A stretch of 53,596 nucleotides of DNA, filler included, from Catajapyx aquilonaris (lineage: Eukaryota), in the NCBI GenBank assembly GCA_000934665.2. It is 2 parts of 2 records of this genome, joined end to end, with 100 filler letters (N's around TTAATTAATTAA, not from the genome) between each part and the next. Parts side by side here need not be neighbours in the genome. Positions count along the whole stretch, not along the records: positions 26,990 to 53,596 come from JYFJ02005180.1; 1 more part is not named here. The stretch is one strand, 5' to 3'. Made by a program: the position numbers and the translations under genes. This document shows positions 34,601 to 49,632 of this stretch, in pieces (the first letter of the stretch is position 1; each line of letters starts with the position of its first letter). The notes under the pieces were generated by a model. The model made no database searches. It worked only from the letters and a program-made list of their open reading frames with translations, and was not told where the DNA came from.

Positions 34601-36079
34601 ATTCACGAGCAAATTGGTGCGGACTATAGTAAAACCGGTAGGACTCTACAGTGTGGGGAAAGTCACATAATATTTTATAGTCGTAATTTATTAATTGTTT
34701 TATTACTTAGTCATATAATATGCACCGTCTATTTTTTGTCTGTGCCTCTGCATATTGCATATGACAATGTCCGAATAATTGCTGGAGTTCAACAATCTTC
34801 AGGGGTCAATTCCATTTCCCCTATAGATCAATAACAAACACCTAAGTCAATGACAAAAGCAGGTGCGTGTAACCCTGGTCACGACATTTAGGCGGTGACC
34901 ATGGACACAACACAATGCATACGAAATATTTCCAATTACAAAAGCCTGTGAAGAAATGGTGGAAGGAGAGAGAAAAAAAAGTGGCTTAATAGGCCTAAAT
35001 GAGGGGGTTACGTAGATAGGCTTGTCTGCTCTCACACTATTGCGTCCTAACACGAGAGGAAGAGGAAAAGGGGCAAAGCTTTGTAAAAATATAATGCACG
35101 CTCCGACGTGCTGCATATGGTAATTATTGCTACCCACGAGTGCTAAGCTTCACGCATCCACTCTCTTCTCACGGACATGCCAATTACCCCACCCATCCCT
35201 CCTTATACATATGTATATGTAGAACTTACATGCCAGGTGTTAATGACCTCATCAACACTAAGAAACTCCCCTCAAAATAGTGAATTTTATAGAGCCGGAC
35301 ATAAATCCCAAGCTTGTTAGCCATTGGTCAAAGTGTGTGGTCCGATACAGTGCAACACAGCAGGCTTGTTTCTGGAATCCTTAAATTTGGGTGGAACTAA
35401 TCACAAGAGCCAAAAAGTTGAAGCGGGCCAGTGCAAAGTGAGAAAGCGTGTAAAAAGATCCCCTTCTTCCAGACCCAAAGCCGCGAAGAATCTGGCCCTT
35501 AAATCTTTCTTCCACAACATGGTCTAAATAAAAGTTAAGGGATCGAAGGTCAAAAATGACCGCTAAAGCCGGCGGAGGTAGGGAGGGTACAAGAGGGGGA
35601 CATGAATCATGATGGTCGAAATGAGAGGAAAAAAAGGGGGGGGATCAGGAGGGCAAAGAAGTGGAAAGGTCGGATTATAGTCTAGTCCTATATATAGGGC
35701 GGGGTTCGACAATACCAGTGGTGTTTACAATGAGAGAAAATACTACTAGGCTTACTTCGAATTACTTGCTATTCATCTCGGGCATGAAACCGTAAGGAAA
35801 ACCGAGCTGGAGGTGTTAGACCTAATTCATGCGTACCGTTAAACCGCTAGGTATTTTACACGGGCCAGCTTAACCGCAGGTTAACATCATTTTATGGAAA
35901 TCCCGTTAGGCATCGGAAACACGCAAAACTTTGTTAAGAAATGTAGGCCTGAGAATTTATGACGATGTTGATAGCTGGCATGTACAACTTGAACTGCTAA
36001 TATTAACGAATGAACTTTTTAAAATATGTAATAAAATTCAGCAAAATGTGCGCTATCATAGAATTTTATCAGATACAAA

Positions 36080-36145
36080 TTTATTTATTTATTTATTTAT
36101 TTCCGTACCCCGGTAAGAGGGCCATAGGCCCTTATGGGGGGACAC
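36080..36145 (-). mobile_element. 5'-truncated SINE/LINE 3' end with (TAAA)n tail
   Basis: Minus strand reads ccccccataagggcctatggccctcttaccggggtacggaaataaataaataaataaa, the same 3' module as the SINEs at 6947 and 15059. Confidence 0.7.
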
Positions 36146-39100
36146 ACGCACAGGAGAATGACAGAAATTTTTTATAAATGTATGAAAAAATAAGAGATAA
36201 CATATCAGCTATACAAATATAAACAATATGGTTATACAATACGGTGTTCCAGTTTCGGTTTGGAATATTTTATCGCTGAAAAATTTCAAATGAATATGAC
36301 AAAACCGCAAAATATTAATGCCAGATGTCGTTCTCGGATGAACATTATAGTGATGATCAAAGTTTTTATTTATGAGTGATGTGCATTAAATTATCTGCAT
36401 ACGACAAAAAACTGTAGAACAAATTCGCATCTTCCCTTGCAAAAACCGGTCTCGTAGATTACATTCAGAAAAATGTCCATTAAAATAATTGAACCTTATC
36501 GTATATTACATAAGTTTATAACGAAATAAAAGTATGCAGTGTATGCATTCTGTAATAAAGAAACGGTTGCATGCTTACAAGATTAGTCCTATAAAACTGA
36601 CAGTGACAGCCTATATCTTTAGAAAAGGTGTTTATCATATTTCTTACGGCACTTTTGCTAATCGGAGTGTAAGTAGCCAGAATCACAAGAATAAATTCTG
36701 ACAATGTAATAAATCCAATCACAATTGCTTACAGACAACACAAACAAAATTGATGTATCTAGCTAGATTTATAAAAATTGTAAGACAGTTTAACTCATTT
36801 TATACCTATATAATGCAGGCATTGCATGATACTGTATTATGTGATACAATGTAATAATATCTGATTGTAACTGATATTATCTGATACTGCGCAGTATGTT
36901 TTAATTTTTCCGGTATGCTGCACTTAACTACTGTGTTATAAATTGTCGCACTGACATCGCAATACTTTCTCCGTTGAAAATGGCGCCAAACATTTTCACG
37001 GCCTCTCGCCAACAATATTTAAATAGTCCCTCTTGTAACACAAAATGCTATATTAAATTACTCAAAATCATCCATTGTTAAAATAGCCAGCAGTCATTTT
37101 AATTATACGCCATTATTTTGAAATTTAAAAAAACAGGCCACCTTCAGGAATTTCAGCTCCCATCGACAACAGGCCTAGGCCTACAAATTCATTGGCGTAA
37201 ATTTACCCCGCACAGCTGCTTATCTATGGAAAGACCCCTCTCCCCTCCTTCCCCCTCCAATTTCCTCACAGCTTGAAATGACAGGTAAAACGTCCCGAGA
37301 ACATTCAACCTTACTGGGTGGTCGCGGTTACATCTCCCCTAATTTATTCATGCACCCAGCATGCACCCCTCATTTTTTTTAAAAAAAAACCCATGCCTTT
37401 CATTACCCCTACAAATACACGGTATGTAACCCAATTAGTATCGGACCTCCTACCCTCCAGGTGAGTCAAATCCGAACCCGAAACCCGCCAAAAAAAAGGG
37501 GCCAACTCACCCATTTAGCGCGTCTTAACTATTCCAAAAGACAGCTGACTGCCCATATTCACACACCCAAATGGGCAATGTAGGGAAGCAAACTTCGGCC
37601 ATTTTCTGGTGGCCTGCTAAAGGCTTCGTGCTGCACAATAAAAAAGAAGTAAAAAAAAAAAAAAAACATGGCCGGTAGAGGGGGGTGGAGGAGAGGAGGA
37701 GTAACCAGTTCTGGTTGGAGGAAAAGAAGCACGAGAGGGCTAGTTCCACGCACGGAAGACGATCTCTCATTATTCCTCTCACGTACATACACACGTACAC
37801 AAAAAAATTATACCTGCTAATGAATGCGCTTCCACCTGAGAAGGACGCCGATGAAAAAGCCCGCCAATTCCTTTGTCCTGATAGGAAGATGGTGGTCAGG
37901 TGCCAGATGGGCAGTAGGTAAGGACCCCCAAAAACTGACCGGAAACATGACCCTGAGAAACTAGTAAAAAAGTAGAAAGTGACGGATTCTAACATTCTTT
38001 CCCTTTTGAAAATACCCCGGAGGTGGTATATAAAAAAAAAGAAAGTGAGGGTCATTTTGTCGGTCACGATTGACCACCTCACGGCAAAACAACCGGCCTT
38101 AAAAAAAGAGGGAAGGACATCCTCAAAAGATATCGCACGGGGCTAAAACTACCGAACAATGGTAGGGCATTTTTGGGTCTGAAAAAAAGTGCAATAAATG
38201 CCCTCCTCTTCACTTCAGAAATGGCTGGGGAAATGGTATTAGGATGAACTTTCTCCTATCCAAGGGTCTACAGAGAGGGGGGGGACTCGAAGTAGGGGGG
38301 GTTTTATTGAGACACTTTTACACAAGTGTGGTCTTGGGAGAAAATGCCGCCATGTGGTACAAAAAAGGGAAGGAAAAAAAATATTCTGGACAGTTGGAGA
38401 CATGAGTGCGAGCTTGAAGGTTGGATCGACAGTTTGGCTTTTTTCCACATGGGAGACACTTTTCAAGGTAGGCAACTATTAATAAGGAGTCAATATCCTG
38501 TGTTATGTATAGGTTTAGTTCTCGCAGTATATTATCAGCGATTAGTCAATAGATATGATCTGAATTTTATTACTACGCACTTTTTTTTGTATATGCATAT
38601 TGCTACACACATGGTTTACTTGATTTTGGAAGCGATCTGTTCATTTACCGATTTCCAAGAAAACGCTGATAAATCACGCAGATAAAGGACAGCCTTATCG
38701 CTTCATACAGGCCTAGCTACAAGATGGATGGCCACCTTTGAGAATTACCGCGCACGACCATATTGATTTGCACCACCCAATTCCAACATGGAAGTTGTAC
38801 GCATAGACCATATCACAGTAATGGTAGATGGTTATACTGTAAATCCTTGTTTACACGCATGGGTTTTAGGATAGTCACAAGATGTGAGTCACTATAAGAA
38901 TTGTTAGCTTGCATTTTTGTACAAGTTTACAAATGTTACTAATTACAGAAGTGTTCATTATACTGTTGTACTTTAAGTTCAGTTCTGACAGTTCATTTGA
39001 AGTTTCCTGCCTGGATGTTGATAGTGATTAATAGGCCTGATACTTCTCTGGCCGGTTTGCGAATTTTCCCGCTATTTGGATATAGTCAACAAGGAGCTTT

Positions 39101-40975
39101 TTAATTGGGCATTTCCGTCAAGTCGCCTTTAGGCTGGTATTCAGGTTATAAAAAACCCCACTAAGCAAATCTGGATATGGACACCTGCATTACATTATAA
39201 ACATTAATCAAACGTTTTCAATTACCAAGTCAATCCAAGCTGAAATGACTCTTACATATCTGCAACAAACACGATCAACAATCGCGGCTACTTCCCAAAA
39301 TGATTTGAAAATCTTAGTAAGAAGGACACATTTTAAATTCAACTAATTGTCATTTTTGGCAGCATTATGAATCTTAGGGTTCATTCTTTTTAGGGTTTGT
39401 TCATTCTTAGGGCTAGTAGATTAAATTAACTTGGTAATTGTCCCTATAAAAATTAACGAGATTACTCAGAGGACGCCCTTGGCTTCTATATGGACGGGTT
39501 CGTGATGTTTACACCATTGTTGCTAAGCATTATTTTGACAATATATTATTCGACACGAATGCACATAGGCCCTAGAGAACATGGGAGAGTGGGGCAAAGA
39601 GGCGTATCTTTTTTTTAAAATAATAAATCTCAACCAATAAGCTATATATATTTTGTGTCCGTTTGGCGACAACGGTGTCTTTTATTGCGATACATTTTAC
39701 AATCTTGCCAAGATTTACGCCAACTTACAAGACCAAAGGAATGTGGAAAGGTAGCCCAGATCATTACATATGATGACGCCTTTAGGCAGAAGGCTTATTC
39801 GAGGTTAATTTTTCCCCACTATATTAATTTCCGATTTCACTACGAAGATTATATTATAAATCAGAGTTTCTCTTCGAAAAATCCTTACATTTGGTTGCTG
39901 TTAACAATCGTTGATATGGCAATTATTGTCAAAGTCACGCACGCCCAAATAACACTAGCAGATTATGACTTTTCTGGTCGGCGACACAGTTATTTCGTTT
40001 CATGGTAACTTGTTCCGGCTAAAATTATCTTTTACACAGCCTAGCTTAAAATCAACAGTGAATAGTTTTACAAGTTTTAATAGGCTCCATGAAAATATAT
40101 TCAAGCACGCATAATAAATCCGAGTCCTGGCAAACTATCATACCTATATGTCCACGCTAAACATATTCATCAGCGTATATTTTTACATATGCAAACGCAA
40201 CCTAATTCCGCTGAAAATCCAAATCCGAATATTTTTTTTTTTTCAAAAATTCCTTACAATCGGAAACATTAGAACAGTCCGGGTCGTCTACCAGAAAAGG
40301 CTTTAACTCAGATAACAATAGTGACTGAAGCCGAACAGAGCCGGCAACGTCATGGTGGCTACACATACCGAGTGTCACTTGGTCTCAAGCCGACACACAA
40401 GTGCGGATCCCAATTTAGGACGGCAGGAAAAAGGGCTGAAGACAGGTGGAAAGCGCAATGGCCGCCATGGCTTCTTTTCTTTTTTTGGCCAGCCCAGGCA
40501 TTTGGGCGGCGTGACTTTGGAACCACGGCCTTCCCCAGCAGGGGTTGTCAGGACCTCAACTCTCCAGGGTCTAGGATCCTTCATGCTCCATTATGAACAC
40601 AGGGAATCACAAGGCGCCTATCAAGCATAAAGGCTGTTTGAATATGCCGACCGTATGTTCTACAAATTTCTGTATACTTGTAATAAGCTTTTTTCTTGCC
40701 TTTTTTTGTGAATATAAAAAAATGGGGAAGGAGCGCTGAGGTGTGGCAGCGGCAAAGTTCTGGAACTAACACCTGACATTTGCACTAGACATGATGAATC
40801 ACCGGAGCTCCCCTTTGTCCAGCAATCTGATTGGTTAGAAATCGTGAGCGAAGGAAAAAGAGGCATAGCCACGCCGCGGGGGTTTTTGGCTACAAAAGCG
40901 TGGTGGTAGTGGTGGGGGTGTATACAGTGGAAGGTCGGTCGGTCTCACAGAAAAATGGATGGCGTGTTTCCATTG

Positions 40976-40990
40976 CCATAAATCAATCAT
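40976..40990 (-). promoter_or_regulatory. Candidate Exd/Pbx-Hox composite site (ATGATTGATTTATGG)
   Basis: Exact TGATTTATGG overlapped by TGATTGAT. Motif match only. Confidence 0.3.
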
Positions 40991-43900
40991 AATAATCTGA
41001 TTTAGGGGGCCGGGAGGTAGACCCTATGGAGAATGTTGATAGACAAGTTCCACGCCGGCTAAATTATCACTGGGTGGTACCTTCACTAGGCTCTTCCATC
41101 GTAATTAGCCACGTATGCAGGGCGGTCCCATTGGGCCATAGTGATTAGAGGCAACGCTAAAGCCCCTACCAGTTCCTGAAAACTTACACGAACTAGGGGG
41201 GGAGTAAGAAAAAAAACCCACAAAACATATATTTTTAAGGCCCCTACCAACAGGGTAGTCATGTGTCCCTTGTCCCTGGGTAATTACATTGGCCCACGTA
41301 GGGAGCGCGTCATTAAGGACAGCCAACAGCTGCTTCCTTTCCATTGCATATAGGTGGGGCCAATCGATGTGTATGAGTAATCAAAGTAGCTGGTACTCAC
41401 CATCTGAAGTCAAACACACACTCCATAACCATTAGAGTTCTGCACTAGCGCTTACCTGCGAAAGAAAAAAATAGTTGTATAATTATGTCACCCAAATACC
41501 TCTTAAATCTAACCAATCTGTCTCCATGACAAACAAAGCGTTAAATAGCCGCCTGTGAAAGTACTTAAGAGAAATTCAGGCAAGGCAGATATTTCCTTCT
41601 TCCTTCTCGCCTTTTTTTTAGTAGCGACACACTCGGGAAACCATCCAGTGTTCCCTCCCCATAACCCATCCACCCCTGTACCCCTCTCCACCCCCTCCTC
41701 TTCCTTCCAAAATAACGGCCCATAAAAATGATCGAAGAAAGGGGTGACCATTTACGAGACTTTTGTGGCATGTAAGTGAGTGTTTATGGTCACATGACGG
41801 CTCTTTTAACAATCACAAACTTCCCTATCGTAGCAATCTGTCGTGAGCTTGTTTTTCAGGAAGGCCAATGGCACTTTTACACACAATACCGGTGGCTCGA
41901 ATGCACCTGAGTTGACATTCATGAGTGTGTGACATGTATACCGTTTTTCACGATTTCAAGTCAGGCGTGATATGAACTGGCATATTCATCAAAATATGGC
42001 CCGGATAATAATTTAACAGTCACCTCCAGAGTGTGTGTAGATAACTTCACAATTTACTCACACTGACTGGCGAAAACCAAAACGAATAGACGAGTGTGCT
42101 TGCCTGTATGCAATATCGGTTGGTAAATGTCCCCCGTGAACTGTCGCACTAAAACTTATGAGCAACCGAATAATTGCTCCAAATATTTATGTGCGTTATA
42201 GGATTAATTAGGCTGACCCGGCCATAAATCTATAAAATGCAGAGCCCTGAACCTTTCAGTGTAACTTTAGAGCTTGATCCCTGCGGACCACTACTCTCCC
42301 CCTACGAAATTGTAAGCCTAATTAGCCACAGGTAAACAATTCATTAGGTCCGAAAGCGGCGGACGGTAATAATTATTAGGCCAGCCAATGAGTTCTTGTC
42401 GACCTGGCTTATGCGCATCAAACCTGACTAAGCCGCATTAAAGTCGCGCCTGAGTCGCGACCTAAACGTGTCACACAACCACGTCATTATTTTTTAACCG
42501 CTTTCAAAGCGCCTGGACTAATGAGCGAATCGACTATGCATTTGATCACCATCTGATAACCTTTTTTTTTCATTCATTTTTTTGGGGGTGGGTACCCACC
42601 GCCATCTTTTGTTCCCATCAGAGTTAATTGCTAGAAATTAAAGTGGGTTGCGGGGCCCAGCTTTACGTTCCCACTCCCCAACTTCATTACTCTCTCCTAA
42701 ATTACGCCTTTCAGTGCAGTCGACCAAAAGTGCGAGGAAATGCAATTCATCTTGCTGTCCAACCCTGAAGGATTTATCGAACTTCAGGTGGAAGTCTTGA
42801 ATGGCTAGATGATGGGAAGGAAAAGCCCTGTGACGCACTCCATAATTACCTTCCTAGCATCTAGTACATGTTCCTTAACAATAGTTTGTACCAATAATGT
42901 ACATGTGTCTAAATATGTAATATGTCATACGAATGGCGGTTAGACACGTTCAATCTTGCCTTGATCGGCCGGGAGTACCCCCTCGCCTCATGATCAATGC
43001 GCCTTCATCTAGTTGGAGCCCGATCCTGAAAGATGGCAGCACGTACCTCAAAGCTGCAACCGCCTCTCGGGTCCCTAGCCTGAACTACGTGCCCCACTAG
43101 AGAGATTTCCCTCCCACCCAACACGTACACTTCATACAAGGCTCGTTCCCTGCTTTTATGGCCGTCATTTCCTCGGATTTGCATTCTGTAACTACCGTCC
43201 TGAGCACTACTTCATTCACGCCGACTCTTCATTCACATCCGTGCTACCAATCCAGCCGAGAAATAGCGACGATGAATCACTAGGGTCGTGGGACGATGTT
43301 TTCCTTGCGACTATGGGAAGATAGTCAGCGTTATGGGGAGGGCAAATCGCATTCTGATAATCTAATCACATTCACCAATGACATGGATGAATCTAGGGGT
43401 GAATTGAAGCTAATTGGGGGGGCTGATATAAGGATGGCGGGTTGGAAACTATGGGGGCTTGTTGGCGCTGGTTTGCTATGGGGCAATCACTGCTGGAAAT
43501 TATTTATTATTTAGCATTTCGATAAATAAAAAGCAAGTGTGAGATATGTAAAAATTTTCACAATTCGCACGGTAAACAGTTTAGTGCAAGTAAAATTTTG
43601 GCAGAAAACTACACTGTTGGGCAGATGGTGGTAGAAATTCTCATAATAATGGTACACATTAAATTCATTAGGATGTCACCTGTACCAATAATAGCTCTAA
43701 TAATAACACTTTTTTCAAGTTACTCTATATGCTGTAATAATTTAGCGGAATTTGGAATCTCCAGGTTCATTATTGTTAATGACGCAATTGCTTGTTCTCG
43801 TGAGTTCTAAAAATGACATTTTCAAGCCATACCCGTATGTTTCTTGTTCGGTGCTTAGAGCGGCAATATAACTGGTTGAAATGATTTTAATCTCTCAATA

Positions 43901-45052
43901 TTAGGGTGTAATAATGAGAAAATTTACTTCGCAGAGACATGAAGGATCGCCGAAGTGATAACAGGATAATAACACCATTAACACGTAATGGCATGAAGGC
44001 AACAATAATGTTTTCGTCCCAACCGTTTCTCTTATAATAGTTCATAACCGGCGTTAAAAAAGCGTTAATTAAGCGTTTAGGACATAGCGGCTCATTTACA
44101 CCAAACTGTTAATAGCTGCTGCAAATAAAAGGATATTCCATTTTAGTAATCGACATATTATAGTAAATGTGATAATGTGATACTGCTCACGTGCCAGAAG
44201 TTAATTATAGTTATTTTTTAGCTATTTTAAAAGGTTTATGGGCGAATAAGGTGGCAGATTTCTCTTCCGCCGATCTGCCGACATGCTATTCACAAACCGC
44301 AAATTGGTGTAGTCTATTTTCTAGTACTATAAACAAGACACGGCTTTTTCAGATGTACTAACGCCATTTAAAAAGAGGCATAAATATTTTAATAGCAACA
44401 CACATCCAACACGAATACTACACATTTTTCCTTTTCACAATGAGGCCTAACTCAGCTGCATGCGATGCCTTACCGGCGCGGTGGAATGCAAAGGCCGAAA
44501 GTCTGGGTCTAAATTAACCTCCATGAACTGTTCGCTAATACACAAATTGCATATTTCGCATATTGCCTTCATAATGAAAACGACACCAATGTACAGATGT
44601 TATAACTCATCCGACTCAATAGTGTAGCTGAACAGTTCCTTCATGTACAGTTCGCATTGTCAGTACTTAATGAATTAATGATTCACATGATGATAGGTAT
44701 GTATAAGGCATTTCACAGGGCATGTGAGGGTGGAGCTATTGGGAGACTTACGTAATTAAGTGGTTTTTCGACATTTTCCAAATCCGGATATTTCATTTTA
44801 TCGGATTGTAATAGGAATGTAATGAATTGCCCCCCACGTAAATCAATACAATATTTGTTATAACAGCAGTGTAATAATCACTTCAAAATGCCCTTTCGGG
44901 GAACACAACAACGAAGTCAAAATAATGTTTGCAACATTTTGCAAGTTTTAGAAACTCTCTGCTGCGTTTGCTGCTGTACAAAATAATTTAAAAAATTATT
45001 CTGAGAGTTTCTATACTTTTGACTGGTAAGTCAGGTGAGAAGTTACCTCTAA

Positions 45053-45188
45053 GGCCGGGTTTCACTAGCATAGGTTATACTATAAATCCTCGGTTTTAAC
45101 AAGAATTGCCATTGACAACAATCAAAAGTAAGAATTTTTCGAAAAGAAGCTCGGATTTATAATATAACCTGCTTGGTGAAACCCAGCC
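45053..45188. mobile_element. PIF/Harbinger (Tourist-like) MITE, 136 bp
   Basis: TAA|ggccgggtttcactagcataggttatactataaatcc ... ggatttataatataacctgcttggtgaaacccagcc|TAA, with a 3-bp TSD. Confidence 0.8.
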
Positions 45189-46087
45189 TAAGTTATGGTT
45201 TTGAAACTGCTTGCAATTATAAATTACTACTTCAGATGCGATAAAAGTACTGTAAGTTACATACATTTTCAAACTCGATGGGATTGAACAACAAATTATA
45301 TTTGCTACCAACACATTCCATATAACTGACTTGTAGGAAGGCTGTAAAGCTTGGCCTGCCATTCATCGTTGTCTGTTATTGCTTCGTTCCTTCAGAGTAA
45401 ATCACACCCGAAAATAGTCACATACTATCAGCCCTGAGTATTGAAGACGTTGTTTTAAATAAAATTAGCAAGTTTCGACCACAAATGAATATATTGTCTC
45501 TTCTGTGAAAGTTACCTTTTTCCTGTTAGTGAAATTTATGTAAATGTCCCCACTGACACAAAGGTTTGAAGAATGGTGAAGGAAGTGATCTTCACATTGA
45601 AAACAAGACAATTATTATAGCGTACCATTCACTGAAAATGAACACTAGTTTTCAGAAAATTATTACCGGATTATTAGATAATCTTTTAAGATCCGCTTTC
45701 CATTCCATATGTCCACTTCATCCCTCTCACAGATACAACACGAAAATGATATTTGTTTGCAGTTTCCACTGTCCAGTGCAATATACAAACATTACTTTCT
45801 TATTATTTATCATGATGCATGTACAAAATACATGCAAAATACCGGCATACTTGTATCACTCTCGTTCATAAAAATATTTGCATGAGAAAAGAAACATTAC
45901 TGATACGGTACCCCATTTAGCTGTAAAACACGCATTTCCGAATTACTTTTATAAATTGTTAAGATAAAGCACACTTAAAATGTCATTGCACCGGACACAA
46001 AGAAGTGAGGGACAGAACATGCAAAATGTTCGGATCAAGTCCGTTATACCGAACACCTGCCATTGTAATTATGGCTAATTGAATATT

Positions 46088-46102
46088 CCATAAATCATGA
46101 CA
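46088..46102 (-). promoter_or_regulatory. Candidate Exd/Pbx-Hox site (TGATTTATGG) with adjacent TGACA (Hth/Meis-like core)
   Basis: Plus strand reads ccataaatcatgaca. Motif match only. Confidence 0.3.
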
Positions 46103-49100
46103 AGTCGACTCGTGGAATCAATTGTGTTAAAATTACAAAAAAAAATCAACAAAGACTTCATGCGGGTTTATAAAATGCAGACGGACTGTAGACATGCTAC
46201 AGGAACAGCTTGAATAAATGTTTGTTTATCAGGGGTGTACATTTTAGAGCTTCCTGCTTATTTTCGAATCCAATACGCCAGCAATCGTCCAATTTTATAA
46301 TTGTACTAACTTCCGAAATATTCAGTTACCAAATAAAGAACTTCGTTAAATCGCCTCGAGCCTCTATCAGTGTCGCGAGCTCATAACTGATACCATAAAT
46401 GTCAGCAGTAAAACTGATACGCCATAAAATCCCTACATTACCCCCAGGTATCCAATAACATAATATTGACATCATGCAAGAATGTGAGATCAAAGCCTGG
46501 AGCCATTCACCCACAGCCATAAAAGTACTTTGCACTTGTACCGAAACATGATCCAAGGCAACACGCCTGACGCCCACGACAACCGCCAGACACTGGGAAC
46601 ACTGGCCTCGTTTGTATTGTCACCACAACACTTACGTATTCCCTTTTACTCTTCCTCATCAACACGCAACCTAATCAAGAGTCTGTCTTTTGCATATGGT
46701 CGAATAAAAAAAGGGAAATGAAAGAGCGGTGGGAGTTGGTGTCCCGGTGGCTAGTTGTCAGGGCCTATGATTTCTGGCTGATTTATTAGCCTATCATGCA
46801 GTAAGTAATGATTGGGTAGGAAGGCCGTGGCGTACACGACGTTGGCCATGCGTGAATCTATCTTTCGACTACTGTGTATATGCCAGGGGAAGGCTAACAT
46901 GCTTTTCAATGGGATCTGATTGGGGGACCAGGCACGCACCCCATGTGCACTCATACATATTGAAATATGAATAGGTGACTAGGTGCTCCTCTAGTATTTT
47001 TTTAACTATCAGCTATTATGTTGAGGCCGTATTTCACAGGTGAAAGTGGACGCCTAGTTTTGAAACATGAAAATATCATCCGCGATTCTAGAGCCGACTC
47101 GTACTATACAACCATATATTGGAATAGCTCACGTAGCTTTATGGGTCTCATGCACGAAACTAACCATTTTTGTTTCCACGTGGGTGTGGTGTAGACTAAA
47201 ACCCACACGATAGTAATTAACTAGTCTTTCGCACACACCTTTTTTTCCTACTGAATTATCTACATAATCCACCTATAGCAGCCAGCAGGTGCACATTTCC
47301 AAATATCGGATCAGATGGACCAGCAATTCAAAGAAAAATGAACATCCATTTTTATTCCTCCAACCCTAAGCAATGTAGGTTTCCCCAGGTTGCTATAGCT
47401 ATCCCCGCTCGCTTCCTCGCATTCGGAAAAGCTCGCGCAATCCATAAAGAGCAATATGCCACAGCCTAATGGTTTGTGCCAATGGAGCCGCAAGCTGGGA
47501 ATGAATATCCAAGTGGCCGGATTTACTGACTCACGGCCAAGTTTCCCTAACTGGAAAAGCACAGCCCCTGAAGGATAAGTCTCATTTTAATGTGCTTCAC
47601 ATAGTACATGTATTCTTCCGATGCATTATTCCTACGTCTTGCAGGTTTCCGCCAACTCATTATGTCAGAAACCCAAGCTTGATAAGGTAATCAGGCGCGA
47701 ACCAAATGACCTGTGGGACGTTAAAAACCACGGACTAAATATACGAGGTAGTGTCCACATATGAATTATGAGTGACCATGTGATTGCATGTTGAGAAGAT
47801 CTGGGGGCCCTCAAAATGGGCTAAGACAAGGCGCGTTTTCGCACACAAACAGTCCCCTAGTTTGAAACCCATGCACTTCATTTTGGAGGGGCGTGTTTAA
47901 AATGATTTAGTTGGAGAAACAAGTAGTAAAGCGGCCGTAATGGCGACGGGTCGGGCAATTAAACCCGGGTATTTTTATGACGTTGCAAGGCGCAGCAGCC
48001 ACAGTTGGTTACTGAATCAACTCCGCAAGTCGCTCGACTTGGTTCGCACTCAAGTCATGGCTCGATAGCCCAAAATGACGCTATAACGCTTTTTGACGAC
48101 CGAGGTGAAATGGCCATACCGCAGAATCGCTTGTTTTCACCCAAAAACTAACCCCCAATGCGATTTATAAGTACACTTATCCAGGCCTGACACTCTTAGC
48201 CCAGAAGCCAAATCCCCCGGTCACGGACTGGCATTTATTCGCTTTCAAGTGCAGCACACGCTCAATAAAAAAAAACAGCAATAATAGGTGGTAATGGCCA
48301 GGCAATCATATAGGTTCATCAACGGCATGCGGCTCGTAAAACTTCATTCGCAGTCATTTCGAAAATATAAAGATTCGCGCTTCATTTCATTAAAATTTAG
48401 GTAAAGGACTAAGCGGGGATAATCCTAAGTACGCTGTAACGGAAAGCGAAAGCGTGTATCATAACGATAATAATGTGTCTTGCACAACCATTTCAACCAA
48501 TGAAAAATTATGGCCAGGGGCCCCTTCCCAGCATTGTCACTATAATTGCCATGGGGCTTAATTTGACTGTATAACTGTGTAACTTCGAGGGCTGCTGAAT
48601 TGTGAACGTAATTCATTATTGGGAAAATATTTTAGAAGAAGTGCCTTAGTATATAGATATATTAACAAATAATTAATAGAAAATTTCATGAGAAGCAGTG
48701 GTCTGTGCACATGCACAACAACATATCGAATAACATTCGTCAATTCGTCATTCGTCAACAGATTTTTTTTGTGCAAATGACTAATAAATTACAGTTATGT
48801 GACATTGTGTTGTAAATTAAAATTATGAGGGTGAGTGTCTTTCCGTGTAGTGAGAAACCGGAAACGGAAATAAAACTTATCTATCTTATCAATATATTGA
48901 ATAACTTAACACAAATTGATGTCCAATATCGTATAGGGTGCATTAGTTACACAAAATATATTTGAATAGTACACCTGACATGAGGCCTGTAAAATATTAA
49001 TGAATGTAATGACTTACACATGATGTTCCATGAACGGAGCACTGTACACCACATGCAAGCTACAAATGTACACCTGACCGCACTATAGTAAAAGAGCAGT

Positions 49101-49554
49101 TGTTCCTTTCCTGGCGCGAGAAACAGTGTCAGAAATATGTAAATTCTCTGTTGCAAATTTAATTTTGCCACAATTAAAAGGGGCACTGGATGACATTTTT
49201 TTTGTCGAAATTCGTTCTAATGAACAAATACAAAGAACACCGTGGTTGACACGATTCAAAGGTGATGTTTAGGACAAAACCACTGATGTTTTGCCATTTG
49301 TATAATTTCATTGTATATAATGAAAACTGATATGAAAAGTGCTCCTTTTAATATTATGACGCAATGTTATATTTCCATCTGAATTTTAAAAGCTATACTT
49401 TAGCAATACCTTGAGCTCCATAAAAGCCGGATAATTATCGGAAACGCCTCTCAATTACGCAACGCAATGCAAGAAATGTACTTGAGCCGGTCGCAATTTC
49501 TGCGACGCACTTGACGCATTGATGCAATTACACCTTACATACATTATTTCAAAT

Positions 49555-49632
49555 CGCGGGGTGAGAATTACAAGGTTGTAACTGCAATGAAAATTCTATA
49601 TGTAGTTACAACCTTGTAATTCTCACCCCGCG
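49555..49632. mobile_element. 78-bp palindromic MITE with 4-bp AAAT TSD (Sola1-like)
   Basis: Perfect 29-bp arms cgcggggtgagaattacaaggttgtaact. AAAT at 49551-49554 and 49633-49636. The superfamily is inferred only from the AWWT target. Confidence 0.65.

Noticed and set aside
37525..38082. 185-aa ORF and a nearby AG|GTAAGG donor-like site (~37917)
   Set aside because: The translation is low-complexity and driven by homopolymer runs, with no domain and no matching acceptor or exon chain.
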